Below are positions 32,312-42,847 of a stretch of DNA of 64,000 nucleotides, piece by piece. The position numbers were made by a program, and so were the translations under genes. This DNA is from an uncultured Acidobacteriota bacterium (GTDB taxonomy: Bacteria; Acidobacteriota; UBA6911). The notes beneath the pieces were generated by a model that saw only the letters and a program-made list of their open reading frames with translations, did not search any database and was not told where the DNA came from. How positions within the stretch are numbered: the first letter of the stretch is position 1; each line of letters opens with the position of its first letter. The stretch is taken from assembly GCA_963809485.1 (NCBI GenBank), contig CAWEJX010000007.1, positions 726,673-790,672 on the forward strand, read 5' to 3'.

Positions 32312-35300
32312 ATGAATATATCTGCGATTTTTATCAAACGCCCCGTCATGACCACGCTGGTGATGCTCGGGATTGTAATTTTCGGGATTGTCGGCTACCG
32401 CACTCTTCCGGTCAGCGATCTTCCCAACGTGGATTTTCCGACCATACAGGTGAGCGCCGGCCTCCCCGGCGCCAGCCCCGAGCTGATGGCGGCCTCGGTG
32501 GCGACCCCGCTCGAGAAGCAGTTCTCCACTATTTCGGGCGTCGATTCCATGACCTCCTCCAGCTCTCTCGGCCAGACCAGCATCACCCTTCAATTTTCGC
32601 TGGACCGCGATCTCGACGCGGCCGCCCAGGACGTTCAGATCGCAATTGCCTCTGCGCAGCGTCTGCTGCCGCCGGGCATGCCGACTCCGCCCAACTTCCG
32701 CAAGGTCAACCCGGCCGACCAGCCCATCCTGATTTTGTCGCTGAATTCGCCGACCCTGCCGCTGTCCACGCTCGACAGCTACGCCGAAAACATGATCGCG
32801 CAGCGCATCTCGATGATATCCGGCGTGGCGCTGGTCAATGTCTGGGGCTCGACCAAATATGCCGTGCGGGCTCAGGTCGATCCGAACCTCCTGGCCGCCC
32901 GGGGAATTGCCCTGAGCGAAATCGAGGCGGCCATCGATCAGCACAACGTCAACATGCCGAGCGGCACGCTCTGGGGGGCGCGGCAGGCCTACACGGTCAA
33001 GTCGACGGGGCAACTCACGGACGCGGAGCAGTACGGCAACATTGTGGTTACCTATCGCAACGGCTCGCCTGTTCGCCTGCGCGAGCTGGGGCGCGTCATC
33101 GACAGCATACAGAACGACAAGACCGCGGCGTGGTTCAACAACGGCGGGTCGGATATCCGCTCCATCATTCTTGCGGTCCAGAAACAGCCGGGCACCAACA
33201 CGGTGCAGGTCGTCGACTCCATCAAGGACCAGCTGCGCACTCTCCGCGAGCTGCTTCCGCCCTCGGTGAACCTGGGCCTCCTGATCGACCGCTCCCAAAC
33301 CATCCGCGAATCGGTGAATGACGTGAAATTCACCCTGTTGCTGACGGTCATGCTGGTGGTCCTGGTCATCTTCATTTTTCTGCGCAATGTCTCGGCCACC
33401 ATCATTCCCAGCCTGGCGTTGCCCATGTCGATCGTCGGCACGTTTGCGGCCATGTCTCTGCTCGGCTACACGATGGATAACCTCTCGCTCATGGCGCTCA
33501 CGCTTTCCGTGGCCTTCGTCGTGGACGACGCCATCGTCATGCTCGAAAACATCGTCCGCCACATGGAAATGGGGCAGTCGCGCATGGAGGCGGCGTTCAC
33601 CGGCGCGAAGGAAATCGGTTTTACCATTCTGTCCATGACCATCTCGCTGACCGCAGTGTTCATTCCCGTGCTGTTCATGGGCGGGATCATGGGCCGGCTG
33701 TTTCACGAATTCGCCGTGGTGATCATGGTCGCCATCCTGATATCGGGCGTGGTGGCCCTGAGCCTCACGCCGATGCTCTCGAGCCGCATGCTGAATCCGC
33801 AGACGGAGGATCCGCACACTTTCTACCGCGTGACGGAAAAAGGCTTCCAGGCGGCGCGCAATTTCTACGGCTGGACTTTGAGGGGAGTGCTGCGTCACCG
33901 GTTTATCACGCTCCTGTTCGCCTTCGGCACCCTGGCCGCCACGGTCTATCTGTACGGCTTTGTGCCCAAGGGCTTCGTCCCCAGCCAGGATCAGGGCATG
34001 CTCTCAGGCTCAACGGAAGGGCCGCAGGATGTTTCCTTCGAGGCGATGGCCCAAATGCAGCAGCAAATGAACAAGGTGCTCCGTTCCAGTCCCCACATCG
34101 ACGCCTTTATGTCCTTTGCTCAGGGCGGCAATGCCGGCCGCTTCATGATCCGGCTGAAACCGCGGAGCGAGCGCAAACTGACTCCCGAAGAAATCATTGA
34201 GACCCTTCGGCCAAAACTGAACGCCCTCCCGTCGATCCGGACCTATCTGCAGAACCCTCCCCTGATACGGATTGGCGGCATGCAGACCCGGAGCCAGTAT
34301 CAGTTCACGCTGCAAAGCCCCGATCTCGAGCAGCTGTACCGTGTGGGGGCGGATTTCCAAACTCGCATGCGGGACATCCCCGAGCTGGTGGATGTGACCA
34401 GCGATCTCCAGCTCAACAATCCCGAGGTAACGGTCAGGATCGACCGCGATATGGCCTCCTCTTTGAATGTCGCGCCGGACCTGATCGAAAGCACTCTTTT
34501 CGCCGCCTACGGGTCCAAACAGGTCTCCATGATCTATACCTCCACCGACAACTATTACGTCATCCTGGAGGTGTTGCCCCAGTTTCAGCGCGACCCCAAT
34601 GCGCTGAGCCTGCTTTACGTGAAATCGCGGGCAGGGAAGCTGGTGCCACTGAGCCAGCTCGCCAGCCTGGAAACCGGCATTGGGCCCCTGTCGGTGGCCC
34701 ATTACGGCCAGTTCCCGGCTGTGACCCTGTCTTTCAACATGCAGCCCGGCGTTTCGCTCGGGCAGGCGGTCGAGTCCATTCAGGAAGTGGCGCGCACCAG
34801 CCTGCCGGCCGGAATCACGACCATGTTCCAGGGCATGGCCGCTGCCTACGAGGCGTCATTGAAAGGCATGGGCATGCTGCTGATCCTGGCGATTCTCGTG
34901 ATTTACATGGTCCTGGGAATTCTCTACGAGAGCTTCATCCATCCCATCACGATTCTTTCCGGATTGCCCTCGGCCGGCCTCGGGGCTCTGGCTACGCTCC
35001 TCGTGTTCCGGCAGGAGCTGAATATTTATTCCTTTGTGGGCATCATCATGCTGGTTGGGATCGTGAAAAAGAACGGGATCATGATGATCGATTTTGCGAT
35101 CGAGGCCCAGCGGACGCAGGGCCTTTCTCCGGCGGACGCCATCCACCAGGCCTGCCTGGTGCGCTTCCGCCCCATCATGATGACGACGATGGCGGCGCTG
35201 GTGGGGACTCTGCCGATCGCCCTCGGGATGGGAGCCGGGTCGGAGGCGCGCCGGCCGCTCGGCCTGGCGGTGGAAGGCGGGCTGCTGGTTTCCCAGCTGC

Positions 35301-35374
35301 TCACGTTATACATTACGCCGGTGATTTATGTTTACCTGGAGAAAGCGCGCCATCTTGTGCATAGGGAACGCTGA
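32312..35374 (+). CDS. RND efflux permease (MdtB/MdtC-like)
   Basis: FIKRPVMT, LPNVDFPTI, VVDDAIVMLENI, IVKKNGIMMIDFA, RFRPIMMTT. Confidence 0.95.
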   Translation: MNISAIFIKRPVMTTLVMLGIVIFGIVGYRTLPVSDLPNVDFPTIQVSAGLPGASPELMAASVATPLEKQFSTISGVDSMTSSSSLGQTSITLQFSLDRDLDAAAQDVQIAIASAQRLLPPGMPTPPNFRKVNPADQPILILSLNSPTLPLSTLDSYAENMIAQRISMISGVALVNVWGSTKYAVRAQVDPNLLAARGIALSEIEAAIDQHNVNMPSGTLWGARQAYTVKSTGQLTDAEQYGNIVVTYRNGSPVRLRELGRVIDSIQNDKTAAWFNNGGSDIRSIILAVQKQPGTNTVQVVDSIKDQLRTLRELLPPSVNLGLLIDRSQTIRESVNDVKFTLLLTVMLVVLVIFIFLRNVSATIIPSLALPMSIVGTFAAMSLLGYTMDNLSLMALTLSVAFVVDDAIVMLENIVRHMEMGQSRMEAAFTGAKEIGFTILSMTISLTAVFIPVLFMGGIMGRLFHEFAVVIMVAILISGVVALSLTPMLSSRMLNPQTEDPHTFYRVTEKGFQAARNFYGWTLRGVLRHRFITLLFAFGTLAATVYLYGFVPKGFVPSQDQGMLSGSTEGPQDVSFEAMAQMQQQMNKVLRSSPHIDAFMSFAQGGNAGRFMIRLKPRSERKLTPEEIIETLRPKLNALPSIRTYLQNPPLIRIGGMQTRSQYQFTLQSPDLEQLYRVGADFQTRMRDIPELVDVTSDLQLNNPEVTVRIDRDMASSLNVAPDLIESTLFAAYGSKQVSMIYTSTDNYYVILEVLPQFQRDPNALSLLYVKSRAGKLVPLSQLASLETGIGPLSVAHYGQFPAVTLSFNMQPGVSLGQAVESIQEVARTSLPAGITTMFQGMAAAYEASLKGMGMLLILAILVIYMVLGILYESFIHPITILSGLPSAGLGALATLLVFRQELNIYSFVGIIMLVGIVKKNGIMMIDFAIEAQRTQGLSPADAIHQACLVRFRPIMMTTMAALVGTLPIALGMGAGSEARRPLGLAVEGGLLVSQLLTLYITPVIYVYLEKARHLVHRER

Positions 35375-35381
35375 CGTACGA

Positions 35382-35507
35382 GTGAGGGACGGCTCCCCGG
35401 AGACCGTCCTGTAAGAAGAAGAATCGTGAGGACGGCTCTCCAGAGCCGTCCGATGGGGGAATATCAAGCAATAGCTTAATCGGACGGGTCTGGAGACCCG
35501 TCCTCAC
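35382..35507. repeat. Family C REP-like cluster (two direct hairpins plus one inverted)
   Basis: gtgaggacggctctccagagccgtcc ... ggacgggtctggagacccgtcctcac. Confidence 0.85.
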
Positions 35508-35515
35508 GAAAATAG

Positions 35516-36778
35516 ATGGATGCTGGGAGGGGAATTATGTTGAGGGCCGGCAATAAGTGCGGATTGGCCCGTCATTTTACCTGGGCTATTTTGCTGTGTA
35601 TCTCATTCTCTCTGGCGGCGCAGGGATGCAGGGGCCGTTCTGAATCGCAGGAGACTCCGTCCAAAGGAGGGATGCGCGGCGGTGCGGTTACGGTTGTTGC
35701 CGCCATAGCCGTCCAGAAAGACGTGCCGATCAACATCCAGGCTGTCGGCCGCATCGAGAGCTCTGCCACGGTCACCCTGAAATCCCAGATGAGCGGGGAA
35801 CTGATGCAGGTGCTTTTCCGCGAAGGAGATTTTGTCAAACAGGGGCAGGAGCTTTTCAGGGTCGATTCGCGCACCTACGAGGCGCAACTGACCCAGGCGC
35901 AGGCCAACCTGTCGAAGGATGAAGCCGCACTCGCCCAGATGGAGGCGAACCTGGCGCGCGATCTTGCCCAGCAGAAATACGCGGAATCGCAGGCCGCACG
36001 CGACCGCAGCCTCCTGGGGAAAAATCTCGTTTCGAAGGAGCAGGCGGAGCAGTCGGCCGCCAGCGCGGAAGCGGCTGCCGCGACGGTCCGGGCCGACCAG
36101 GCGGCGGTCCTGAGCGCCCGCGCCTCGATCGAAGCCACTAAAGCCGAGATCGCCAACGCCCGCATCCTGCTCGGCTACGCCAGCATCCGCTCGCCCATCA
36201 GCGGCCGGACCGGGAGCCTCCTCATCCAGCAGGGCAACCTGGTCGGCCCCAACACGGAGCTCATGACCATAAACCAGATCGAGCCGGTTTACGCCGCCTT
36301 CTCCGTGCCCGAAAATCAGCTGCCTTCCGTGAAGAAGGGGCAGGCCGTATCGATTTCGAAAGACGCGGGCCCGTCAACGTTTGAGGACGGCAAGCTTTTC
36401 TTTATCGATAACGCCGTGGATGAATCGACGGGAACCATCCTCGTCAAAGCCGCCTTTGCAAACCGCAGCCACCAGCTTTGGCCGGGCGAGTTTGTCCGCG
36501 TGGTCCTGAGGCTTGGAACCCGGGCGGGCGCTCTGGTAGTGCCCGGCCAGGCCGTGCAGGCGGGCCAGGAAGGATCGTTCGTGTTCGTCGTGAAGCCGGA
36601 CCAGACCGTCGAATCGCGCCCCGTCGTCCCCGGGATGCACGTCGATGGGCAAATTGTGATAGAAAAAGGCCTGGAACCCGGCGAAACGGTTGTCACCGAA
36701 GGCCAGCTCCGTCTCACGGCCGGCAGCAAGGTTCAGGTAACGCTGACAAACGCCGACAAAAACGCTGACGTACGCTGA
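35516..36778 (+). CDS. RND periplasmic adaptor subunit (MdtA-like)
   Basis: FREGDFVKQG, IRSPISGRTG, DNAVDESTGT, LWPGEFV; tail TLTNADKNADVR derives from repeat A. Confidence 0.92.
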   Translation: MDAGRGIMLRAGNKCGLARHFTWAILLCISFSLAAQGCRGRSESQETPSKGGMRGGAVTVVAAIAVQKDVPINIQAVGRIESSATVTLKSQMSGELMQVLFREGDFVKQGQELFRVDSRTYEAQLTQAQANLSKDEAALAQMEANLARDLAQQKYAESQAARDRSLLGKNLVSKEQAEQSAASAEAAAATVRADQAAVLSARASIEATKAEIANARILLGYASIRSPISGRTGSLLIQQGNLVGPNTELMTINQIEPVYAAFSVPENQLPSVKKGQAVSISKDAGPSTFEDGKLFFIDNAVDESTGTILVKAAFANRSHQLWPGEFVRVVLRLGTRAGALVVPGQAVQAGQEGSFVFVVKPDQTVESRPVVPGMHVDGQIVIEKGLEPGETVVTEGQLRLTAGSKVQVTLTNADKNADVR

Positions 36779-36860
36779 TATTTTTAGTAACGCCGACTTA
36801 CGCTGACAAAACCGCGGACGAACGCCGACAGATAGGATACGGGTCAGCGTATATCGGCGG
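36738..36860. repeat. Family A repeat (two left arms plus a degenerate right arm)
   Basis: taacgctgacaaacgccgacaaaaacgctgacgtacgctga..taacgccgacttacgctgac..gtcagcgtatatcggcg. Confidence 0.8.
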
Positions 36861-36898
36861 CTAAGATTGCTGGAGCTTAAAAAAGCACTGTGGATGTT

Positions 36899-37135
36899 TC
36901 ATAATTGATGGGTGCGGCCAAGGTCGGCTTCATCCCATTCCCGCAGCAAGGACTGTTCTTCCGGATTCGCTGCCAGGAATTCCTCATAGGATACCGCCGC
37001 CCGTGAGAGCCTTCGCCGGGCCAGGTCCTTTCGCAGGACATCCCGGATATACGCGGAAATACTCATAGCTTCCGGCTTCACCGCCTCCAACTCATTGAGC
37101 AGTTCCCCTTCTATCTTTACAGTAGTAGCCTTCAT
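36899..37135 (-). CDS. Small ribbon-helix-helix/CopG-like protein (probable orphan antitoxin)
   Basis: MKATTVKIEGELLNEL..SISAYIRDVL, acidic C-terminus EWDEADL. Confidence 0.6.
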   Translation of the reverse strand: MKATTVKIEGELLNELEAVKPEAMSISAYIRDVLRKDLARRRLSRAAVSYEEFLAANPEEQSLLREWDEADLGRTHQL

Positions 37136-37167
37136 TCCAATATTCTACTTTATCCGCAGTATGAACT

Positions 37168-37260
37168 CAACCTTCCACGTTCCACGTTCCACGTTCAAAC
37201 GTTCAAACGTTCAAAACGTTCAACGTTCAAACGTTCGAACGTTCCAGGTTCCACGTTTCA
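37168..37260. repeat. Family B AACGTT array
   Basis: ccacgttccacgttccacgttcaaacgttcaaacgttcaaaacgttcaacgttcaaacgttcg. Confidence 0.85.
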
Positions 37261-37293
37261 GTTTGAACAGGTATAATCAGTCCGGGGTAACTG

Positions 37294-38397
37294 GTGAAAC
37301 GGAAACTGCTGCTTGCGCTCTGTGTGCTGATCGTCATAGGATATTTGATTGTCGGCCTGTGGCCCTTCGAGTTCAATCCCGACAACCGGGTGGCGTGGTC
37401 CTTAGACGGCCAGGGGATCGCCCTGAGCCATCCGTCGATCCTGTACAGTGAGAAGCCTGTCGATTTGAGAAACAGCGGGGGAAACGTCAGCGTCGAAGTG
37501 TGTCTGCAGCCGGCAGAGGAGCCCGCCTGGGGATTCACCAAAATCCTGTCCCTGTCCGAAGAAAGTGTGCGCAGGAACCTGTTTGTGGCGCAGCGGGAAA
37601 AAAATCTTTGGCTGCAGCTTCCGATATGGGACAAAGGCAGATGGAATGCCTACGACCAGGTATGGGTCAAGGGAGTGCTGCAGCGGGGCGTGCGGCGCTT
37701 TGTGGCGGTGACTGCCGGAACCGAGGGAACGGATTTTTACGTGGATGGAGTGCTGGCGCGGAGCTATCCGAAACTGAAGCCGAGGCCCAATGTGCTGCGC
37801 GGCTATGTGGTGCTGGGGGGAATCGGGAGCGGGAACCGAAACTGGGAAGGGCGGCTGTACGGCGCCGCGATATTCGACCGGACGCTTTCGGCGTCGGACA
37901 TCGCGCGCCACTACAGCCTGTGGAGCGGCGCTGAACGGCGGAAAATTGCGGAAGAGGACGGACTATCGGCGCTTTATTTTTTTGATGAAAAAGGCGGGAG
38001 CGTCGTCCGGGACCACGGACCGGCGGGTGCGACGATGCGGATCGGCGCCAAGTACCAACTGCGGGACCGCAGCGTGTTTCCGGCGTTTTGGAGGGGCGGG
38101 TACAGCCGCGTCGACATCGCCATCAACCTGCTCGGTTTCGTCCCGTTCGGCTTGTGCTATTTCCTATACAGGAAGCGGACACATCCGGGGCGGCTTTGGG
38201 GCAATATTTTCGTAACGCTCATTATTGCCGCGGCCGTCAGCGCCACGATCGAAACGCTCCAAATCTGGCTTCCGGTCCGATCCCCGTCCTACCTGGATCT
38301 CATCTGCAACATTTCGGGGGCTGCGGCAGGGTTGATTTTAACGCTGACGTACGCTGACAGAACGCCGACCCACGCTGAAAAACAAAAAATATACTGA
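37294..38397 (+). CDS. VanZ family protein with LamG-like jelly-roll domain
   Basis: LWPFEF N-terminus; FYVDG..WEGRLYGAAIFDRTLS; DIAINLLGFVPFG..IETLQIWLPVRSPSYLDLICN. Confidence 0.85.
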   Translation: MKRKLLLALCVLIVIGYLIVGLWPFEFNPDNRVAWSLDGQGIALSHPSILYSEKPVDLRNSGGNVSVEVCLQPAEEPAWGFTKILSLSEESVRRNLFVAQREKNLWLQLPIWDKGRWNAYDQVWVKGVLQRGVRRFVAVTAGTEGTDFYVDGVLARSYPKLKPRPNVLRGYVVLGGIGSGNRNWEGRLYGAAIFDRTLSASDIARHYSLWSGAERRKIAEEDGLSALYFFDEKGGSVVRDHGPAGATMRIGAKYQLRDRSVFPAFWRGGYSRVDIAINLLGFVPFGLCYFLYRKRTHPGRLWGNIFVTLIIAAAVSATIETLQIWLPVRSPSYLDLICNISGAAAGLILTLTYADRTPTHAEKQKIY

Positions 38398-38912
38398 AAT
38401 ATTTGAGCCGGTAGCGAAACAATTCCGGTATGGAACTGAAATATTCCGAAACTACCGGGCCATTGATCGACCTTTTTTTCGACGTATACAAAACGCTAGG
38501 ATATGGATTTCTGGAACGGGTTTATGGAAAAGCCATGACGGTAGCGGGACCGAAGTATGGGCTCATAATCAAGCCGGAAGTCAAAATTAGGGTGTTTTTT
38601 GAAGGCATAGAGGTTGGCAAATACGAGCCGGATCTGATTGTGAATGATGCCGTGATTGTGGAGCTGAAAACATGCCAGGCGATCCTCAAAGAACATGAGG
38701 CTCAGCTGTTGAACTACCTCAAGGCCACGAAGTACGAAGTCGGCTTTCTGTTTAACTTTGGCCCCATCGCGCGATATAAGCGCATGGTTTTTGAAAACGC
38801 GCGCAAGGGCACTCTTTCATGGATCCAGCCGCAGCCCGATCCGGCAACATTGCCATAGCAGGCTGGATTTTTTCAGCGTGTGTCGGCGTCCGGTCAGCGT
38901 GCGTCAGCGTTA
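38338..38912 (+). mobile_element. Putative GxxExxY element: family A left arm + GxxExxY gene + family A right arm
   Basis: Left arm 38338-38385 ttaacgctgacgtacgctgacagaacgccgacccacgctgaaaaa; right arm 38868-38912 ttttttcagcgtgtgtcggcgtccggtcagcgtgcgtcagcgtta; the arms are inverted relative to each other. Confidence 0.6.
38430..38858 (+). CDS. GxxExxY protein (PDDEXK_3-type nuclease fold)
   Basis: LGYGFLERVY (GxxExxY), PDLIVNDAVIVELK, HEAQLLNYLKAT..VGFLFNFG. Confidence 0.95.
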   Translation: MELKYSETTGPLIDLFFDVYKTLGYGFLERVYGKAMTVAGPKYGLIIKPEVKIRVFFEGIEVGKYEPDLIVNDAVIVELKTCQAILKEHEAQLLNYLKATKYEVGFLFNFGPIARYKRMVFENARKGTLSWIQPQPDPATLP

Positions 38913-39814
38913 TTCAGATACCACCGGTAAGTGGCCTCTATGCCCTGGCGCAACGGGATTTTGGGTTGCCAGCCGAGATAGCGGAGGCGCGAGACGTCCA
39001 TGAGCTTGCGCGGCGTGCCGTCGGGCATCGCCGGATCGAACTCGATGTCACCCTCATACCCCACCACCTCGCGCACCATCTCGCACAGCTCGCGTATCGT
39101 CAGGTCCTCGCCCGTCCCCACGTTGATGATCTCTTCCTGATCGTAGCGCTCCATCAGGAATACCAACGCGTCGGCGAGGTCGTCGACGTGCAGGAACTCC
39201 CGCCTCGGCGTCCCCGTCCCCCACACCTTGACGCTCGGCGTGCCCGCCGCTTTGGCGTCGTGGAATTTCCGCAGCAGCGCAGGAAGCACGTGCGACGTCT
39301 GCAAATCGAAGTTGTCCCCCGGCCCGTACAGGTTGGTCGGCATGGCGCTGATGGCGGCAAACCCGTACTGGCGGCGGTAGGCCTGGCAAAGCTTGATGCC
39401 GGCGATCTTGGCGATGGCGTACCACTCGTTGGTCGGCTCGAGCGGCCCGGTCAGCAGGTGCTCTTCGCGCAGCGGCTGCGGCGCCAGTTTCGGGTAAATG
39501 CACGACGAGCCCGTAAAGAGCAGCTTCTTGACTCCGCAGCGCCACGCTGCGTGGATGACGTTCGCCTCGATCATCAGGTTCTGGTAAATGAATTCCGCCG
39601 GGTAAGCATTGTTGGCCTGTATCCCGCCGACGCGCGCCGCGACCAGGTACACCTGCTCCGGCCGCTCTTTTTCGAAGAAAGCGTTTGCAGCCCGCTGGTC
39701 CATCAGGTCCAGTTCATCGATCGTCCGGACCAGCAGCCCCTCAGGTCCGCCCAGCCGCCGCACAATCGCGGAACCTACGAGACCCGTGTGGCCCGCAACA
39801 TAGATCTTCGTCAT
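38894..39814 (-). CDS. fcl: GDP-L-fucose synthase
   Basis: [49 protein letters not shown]. Confidence 0.96.
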   Translation of the reverse strand: MTKIYVAGHTGLVGSAIVRRLGGPEGLLVRTIDELDLMDQRAANAFFEKERPEQVYLVAARVGGIQANNAYPAEFIYQNLMIEANVIHAAWRCGVKKLLFTGSSCIYPKLAPQPLREEHLLTGPLEPTNEWYAIAKIAGIKLCQAYRRQYGFAAISAMPTNLYGPGDNFDLQTSHVLPALLRKFHDAKAAGTPSVKVWGTGTPRREFLHVDDLADALVFLMERYDQEEIINVGTGEDLTIRELCEMVREVVGYEGDIEFDPAMPDGTPRKLMDVSRLRYLGWQPKIPLRQGIEATYRWYLNNADAR

Positions 39815-39828
39815 AGATTCGCCTTTCT

Positions 39829-40869
39829 TCAAACTCCTCGCCTCACCGAAACCTTATGCCCGGCATTGCGCAGCGTGCATTCCTGTTTGGCCAGTTCCAT
39901 GTCATGGTCGACCATCATGCGCACGAGCTCCTTGAAGCTCACCTTGGGCTTCCAGCCGAGTCTGGCCCGCGCTTTGGAGCTGTCGCCTTCCAGATGATCG
40001 ACTTCCGTCGGACGGAAGTAGCGCGTATCCTTTTCGACCAACACTTTCCAGTCGACGCCGGCATAGCCGGCGGCTTCATCCAGAAATTCCCGCACCGTGT
40101 GCGTCTCGCCCGTGGCGATGACGTAGTCGTCGGGGGCGGGCTGCTGCAGCATGAGCCACATGGCCTCGACGTAGTCGCCGGCGAATCCCCAGTCGCGCTT
40201 CGCCTCGAGGTTGCCGAGGTAGAGCTTCGTCTGCAGGCCTTGCTTGATGCGCCCGAGTGCGCGGGTGATCTTGCGCGTGACGAAAGTCTCGCCGCGCTGC
40301 GGCGATTCGTGGTTGAAGAGGATGCCGTTGCAGATGAAAAGCCCGTAAGCTTCGCGGTAGTTCACGGCGTACCAGTGGGCGGCCACTTTGCTCACTCCGT
40401 AGGGGCTGCGCGGATAGAAGGGCGTCGTCTCGCTCTGCGGCGGCGCGGCCTTGCCGAACATTTCCGAGGAGCCGGCCTGATAGAAGCGTATGGGTTCGTG
40501 CGAGCCGGCGCCGTAATCGTGTATGGCTTCGAGCATGCGCAGAGTGCCGGTCGCCACGGCGTCGGCGGTGTATTCCGGCTGGTCGAACGACACGCGCACG
40601 TGCGACTGCGCCCCGAGGTTGTAGACTTCGTCCGGGGCCGTCTTTTCCAGGATGCGCCTCAGGCTGGTCGCGTCCGTCAGGTCGCCGTAATGCAGAAAAA
40701 TGCGGCTGCCCGATTCATGCGGGTCGAGGTAAATGTCGTCGATGCGGTCGGTGTTGAAGGTGCTCGTCCTGCGCATGATGCCGTGGACTTCGTAACCCTT
40801 CGACAGCAATAGCCGGGCCAGGTAGGATCCGTCCTGGCCCGTCACCCCCGTAATCAACGCTTTCTTCAT
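39829..40869 (-). CDS. gmd: GDP-mannose 4,6-dehydratase
   Basis: [48 protein letters not shown]. Confidence 0.97.
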   Translation of the reverse strand: MKKALITGVTGQDGSYLARLLLSKGYEVHGIMRRTSTFNTDRIDDIYLDPHESGSRIFLHYGDLTDATSLRRILEKTAPDEVYNLGAQSHVRVSFDQPEYTADAVATGTLRMLEAIHDYGAGSHEPIRFYQAGSSEMFGKAAPPQSETTPFYPRSPYGVSKVAAHWYAVNYREAYGLFICNGILFNHESPQRGETFVTRKITRALGRIKQGLQTKLYLGNLEAKRDWGFAGDYVEAMWLMLQQPAPDDYVIATGETHTVREFLDEAAGYAGVDWKVLVEKDTRYFRPTEVDHLEGDSSKARARLGWKPKVSFKELVRMMVDHDMELAKQECTLRNAGHKVSVRRGV

Positions 40870-40892
40870 GGTTCGTCCTTCCTGAAAATCAT

Positions 40893-40990
40893 TGAACGCT
40901 GACACACGCTGACAAAACGCTGACGCACGCCGAAATTTTATATATTTTTTTCAGCGTGTGTCGGCGTTTTGTCAGCGTACGTCAGCGTTA
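40893..40990. repeat. Family A palindromic repeat
   Basis: tgaacgctgacacacgctgacaaaacgctgacgcacgccgaaattttatatatttttttcagcg...gtcagcgtta. Confidence 0.92.
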
Positions 40991-42764
40991 TGCTTTGCCA
41001 TGCTTTCGCGTACTTGCCGTTTTTTGCGACTAGCTCTGCGTGCGTACCCGTTTCGACAATTCTACCCTGGTCCATAACATATATTACATCCGCATGACGC
41101 GCCGTGGTGAATCTGTGAGTTATGAGGATCGTCGTTCTGCCGGAGACGGCGGAACGGAAGCGGGTCAGCCAGGCGGCTTCAGCCCACGGGTCCATGGCGC
41201 TGGTCGGCTCGTCGAGTATGATGACGGGCGCGGGCCGCAGGAACGCACGGGCCAGGCCCAGGCGCTGCCACTCGCCGGCGCTGAGATCGGTCCCGTCTTC
41301 GAACCAGGTGCCGAGGATGGAGTCGTATCCCGAAGGCAGCCGGCTGATGACTTCGTCCGCGCCGGAGCTTTTGGCGGCTTTCTGCAGACGCGCTGCGCCG
41401 GGCGCCGACGCGTGATCGCCGAGGGCGATATTTTCGGCCGCGGTGGCGTTATAGGGCACGGCGGGCTGGAAGAGGGCCGTGATGTGCCGGCGCAGGTCTT
41501 CGGCGGCGAGAGCGCGCAGGTCGGTCCCGCCCAGCTCGATGCGTCCCGACTGGGGATCGTAGAAACGGCAGAGCAGCTTCACCAGGGTGCTCTTGCCGGC
41601 GCCGTTGGTCCCGACCACCGCAACGATTTTCCCCGCGGGAATGGACAGGCTGACGCGGTCCAGCACCAGCCGCCGGCTGCCGGGGTAGTGGAACGTGACG
41701 TCGCGGAATTCGATGCCGAGCGGTCCTTGGCCAGCTTCCGGCAGCAGCGCAGGTTTTTCAGGATCTTTGATCCCCGGCTGAAGGGCGAGGAACTGGAACA
41801 GGTCGCCGAGGAAGAGGCTGTTGCTGTAAATCTGCCCGGCGTTTTCCAGCAGCGAGCGCATGAGCCCCTGGCCCTGGCTGAAGGCCTGGTAAAAGAGCGC
41901 GAGGTCGCCCAGAGTTGCCTGTCTCTGCAGGGCGCGCCAGCCGATCCACGCCATGGCCGCGCCGGCCACGGCAAGGGCTGCGGCGCCGGCGGCCAGCTGG
42001 GCGAGCGCCTGTTTGCGGGCCATGTCGAGGCGTTCGCCGCGCAGGCGGCTGCGCAGCGCCTGGTAGGCGCCGCGGAAACGGCCTCCGAGGTCGAACAGGC
42101 GCAGTTCGGCCGCGCATTCGCGCGCGGTGACAAGCCAGTCATAGTACCAGGTGCGCCGCTCGTCGGCGGTGGTGCGCAGGCGCCAGGCGTGCTGCAGCAG
42201 CGTGTAGCGCACGACGACGTAGAGCGCCGGCATCGTGCCGGCCAGCAGCGCAATCGGCAGCCACAGGCCGTACGGGGCAAGGATCACCAGCATGGCAGCC
42301 AGCGTGATGCCGTTCTGCAGCATGCTGCCGATGCTTTCGAGCAGCGCGATCGGCCGGTAGCCGGCTTCGCTGCGCGCGCGGTGCAGATGGTCGAAATATT
42401 CCGGCAGGTCGTAGAACGCGAGGTCGACTTCCACCGACTTGCGGTGGATCAGGGAATTGATGTGGTCCTGGACCAGTTCGGACTGCACGGCGCGTATCCA
42501 GCCGATCGCGCCGCGCAGCAGTTCGCCGAGCAGGAGGATGGCCGCCATCGCCGCGGCCAGCATGACGGACAGGCGGATGTCGCGCGCCACCAGCGCATTC
42601 ACGAGCGCGCGTGTCAGGTAGACCGTAGCGGCCGGCAGCAGTCCCTGCACGACAAGCAGAATCCCCCACGCCACCGTCCAGCCCCGCGCCCCGTCCCAGA
42701 CGAGGCCCAGGGCTCTGGGCAAATGAGGAATAGTCCGACGAATTCTATCGCTAACTTCAGTCAT
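40938..42764 (-). CDS. ABC exporter (fused TMD + NBD)
   Basis: [27 protein letters not shown]; tail [16 protein letters not shown] derives from repeat A. Confidence 0.93.
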   Translation of the reverse strand: MTEVSDRIRRTIPHLPRALGLVWDGARGWTVAWGILLVVQGLLPAATVYLTRALVNALVARDIRLSVMLAAAMAAILLLGELLRGAIGWIRAVQSELVQDHINSLIHRKSVEVDLAFYDLPEYFDHLHRARSEAGYRPIALLESIGSMLQNGITLAAMLVILAPYGLWLPIALLAGTMPALYVVVRYTLLQHAWRLRTTADERRTWYYDWLVTARECAAELRLFDLGGRFRGAYQALRSRLRGERLDMARKQALAQLAAGAAALAVAGAAMAWIGWRALQRQATLGDLALFYQAFSQGQGLMRSLLENAGQIYSNSLFLGDLFQFLALQPGIKDPEKPALLPEAGQGPLGIEFRDVTFHYPGSRRLVLDRVSLSIPAGKIVAVVGTNGAGKSTLVKLLCRFYDPQSGRIELGGTDLRALAAEDLRRHITALFQPAVPYNATAAENIALGDHASAPGAARLQKAAKSSGADEVISRLPSGYDSILGTWFEDGTDLSAGEWQRLGLARAFLRPAPVIILDEPTSAMDPWAEAAWLTRFRSAVSGRTTILITHRFTTARHADVIYVMDQGRIVETGTHAELVAKNGKYAKAWQSITLTYADKTPTHAEKNI

Positions 42765-42770
42765 GGGTCA

Positions 42771-42847
42771 AAACGTTGAACGTTAGCACGTTAAACGTTG
42801 AACGTTCTAACGTTTAAACGTTCCAACGTTCAACGTTCAACGTTCAA
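42771..42847. repeat. Family B AACGTT array
   Basis: aaacgttgaacgttag..aaacgttgaacgttctaacgtttaaacgttccaacgttcaacgttcaacgttc. Confidence 0.85.
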
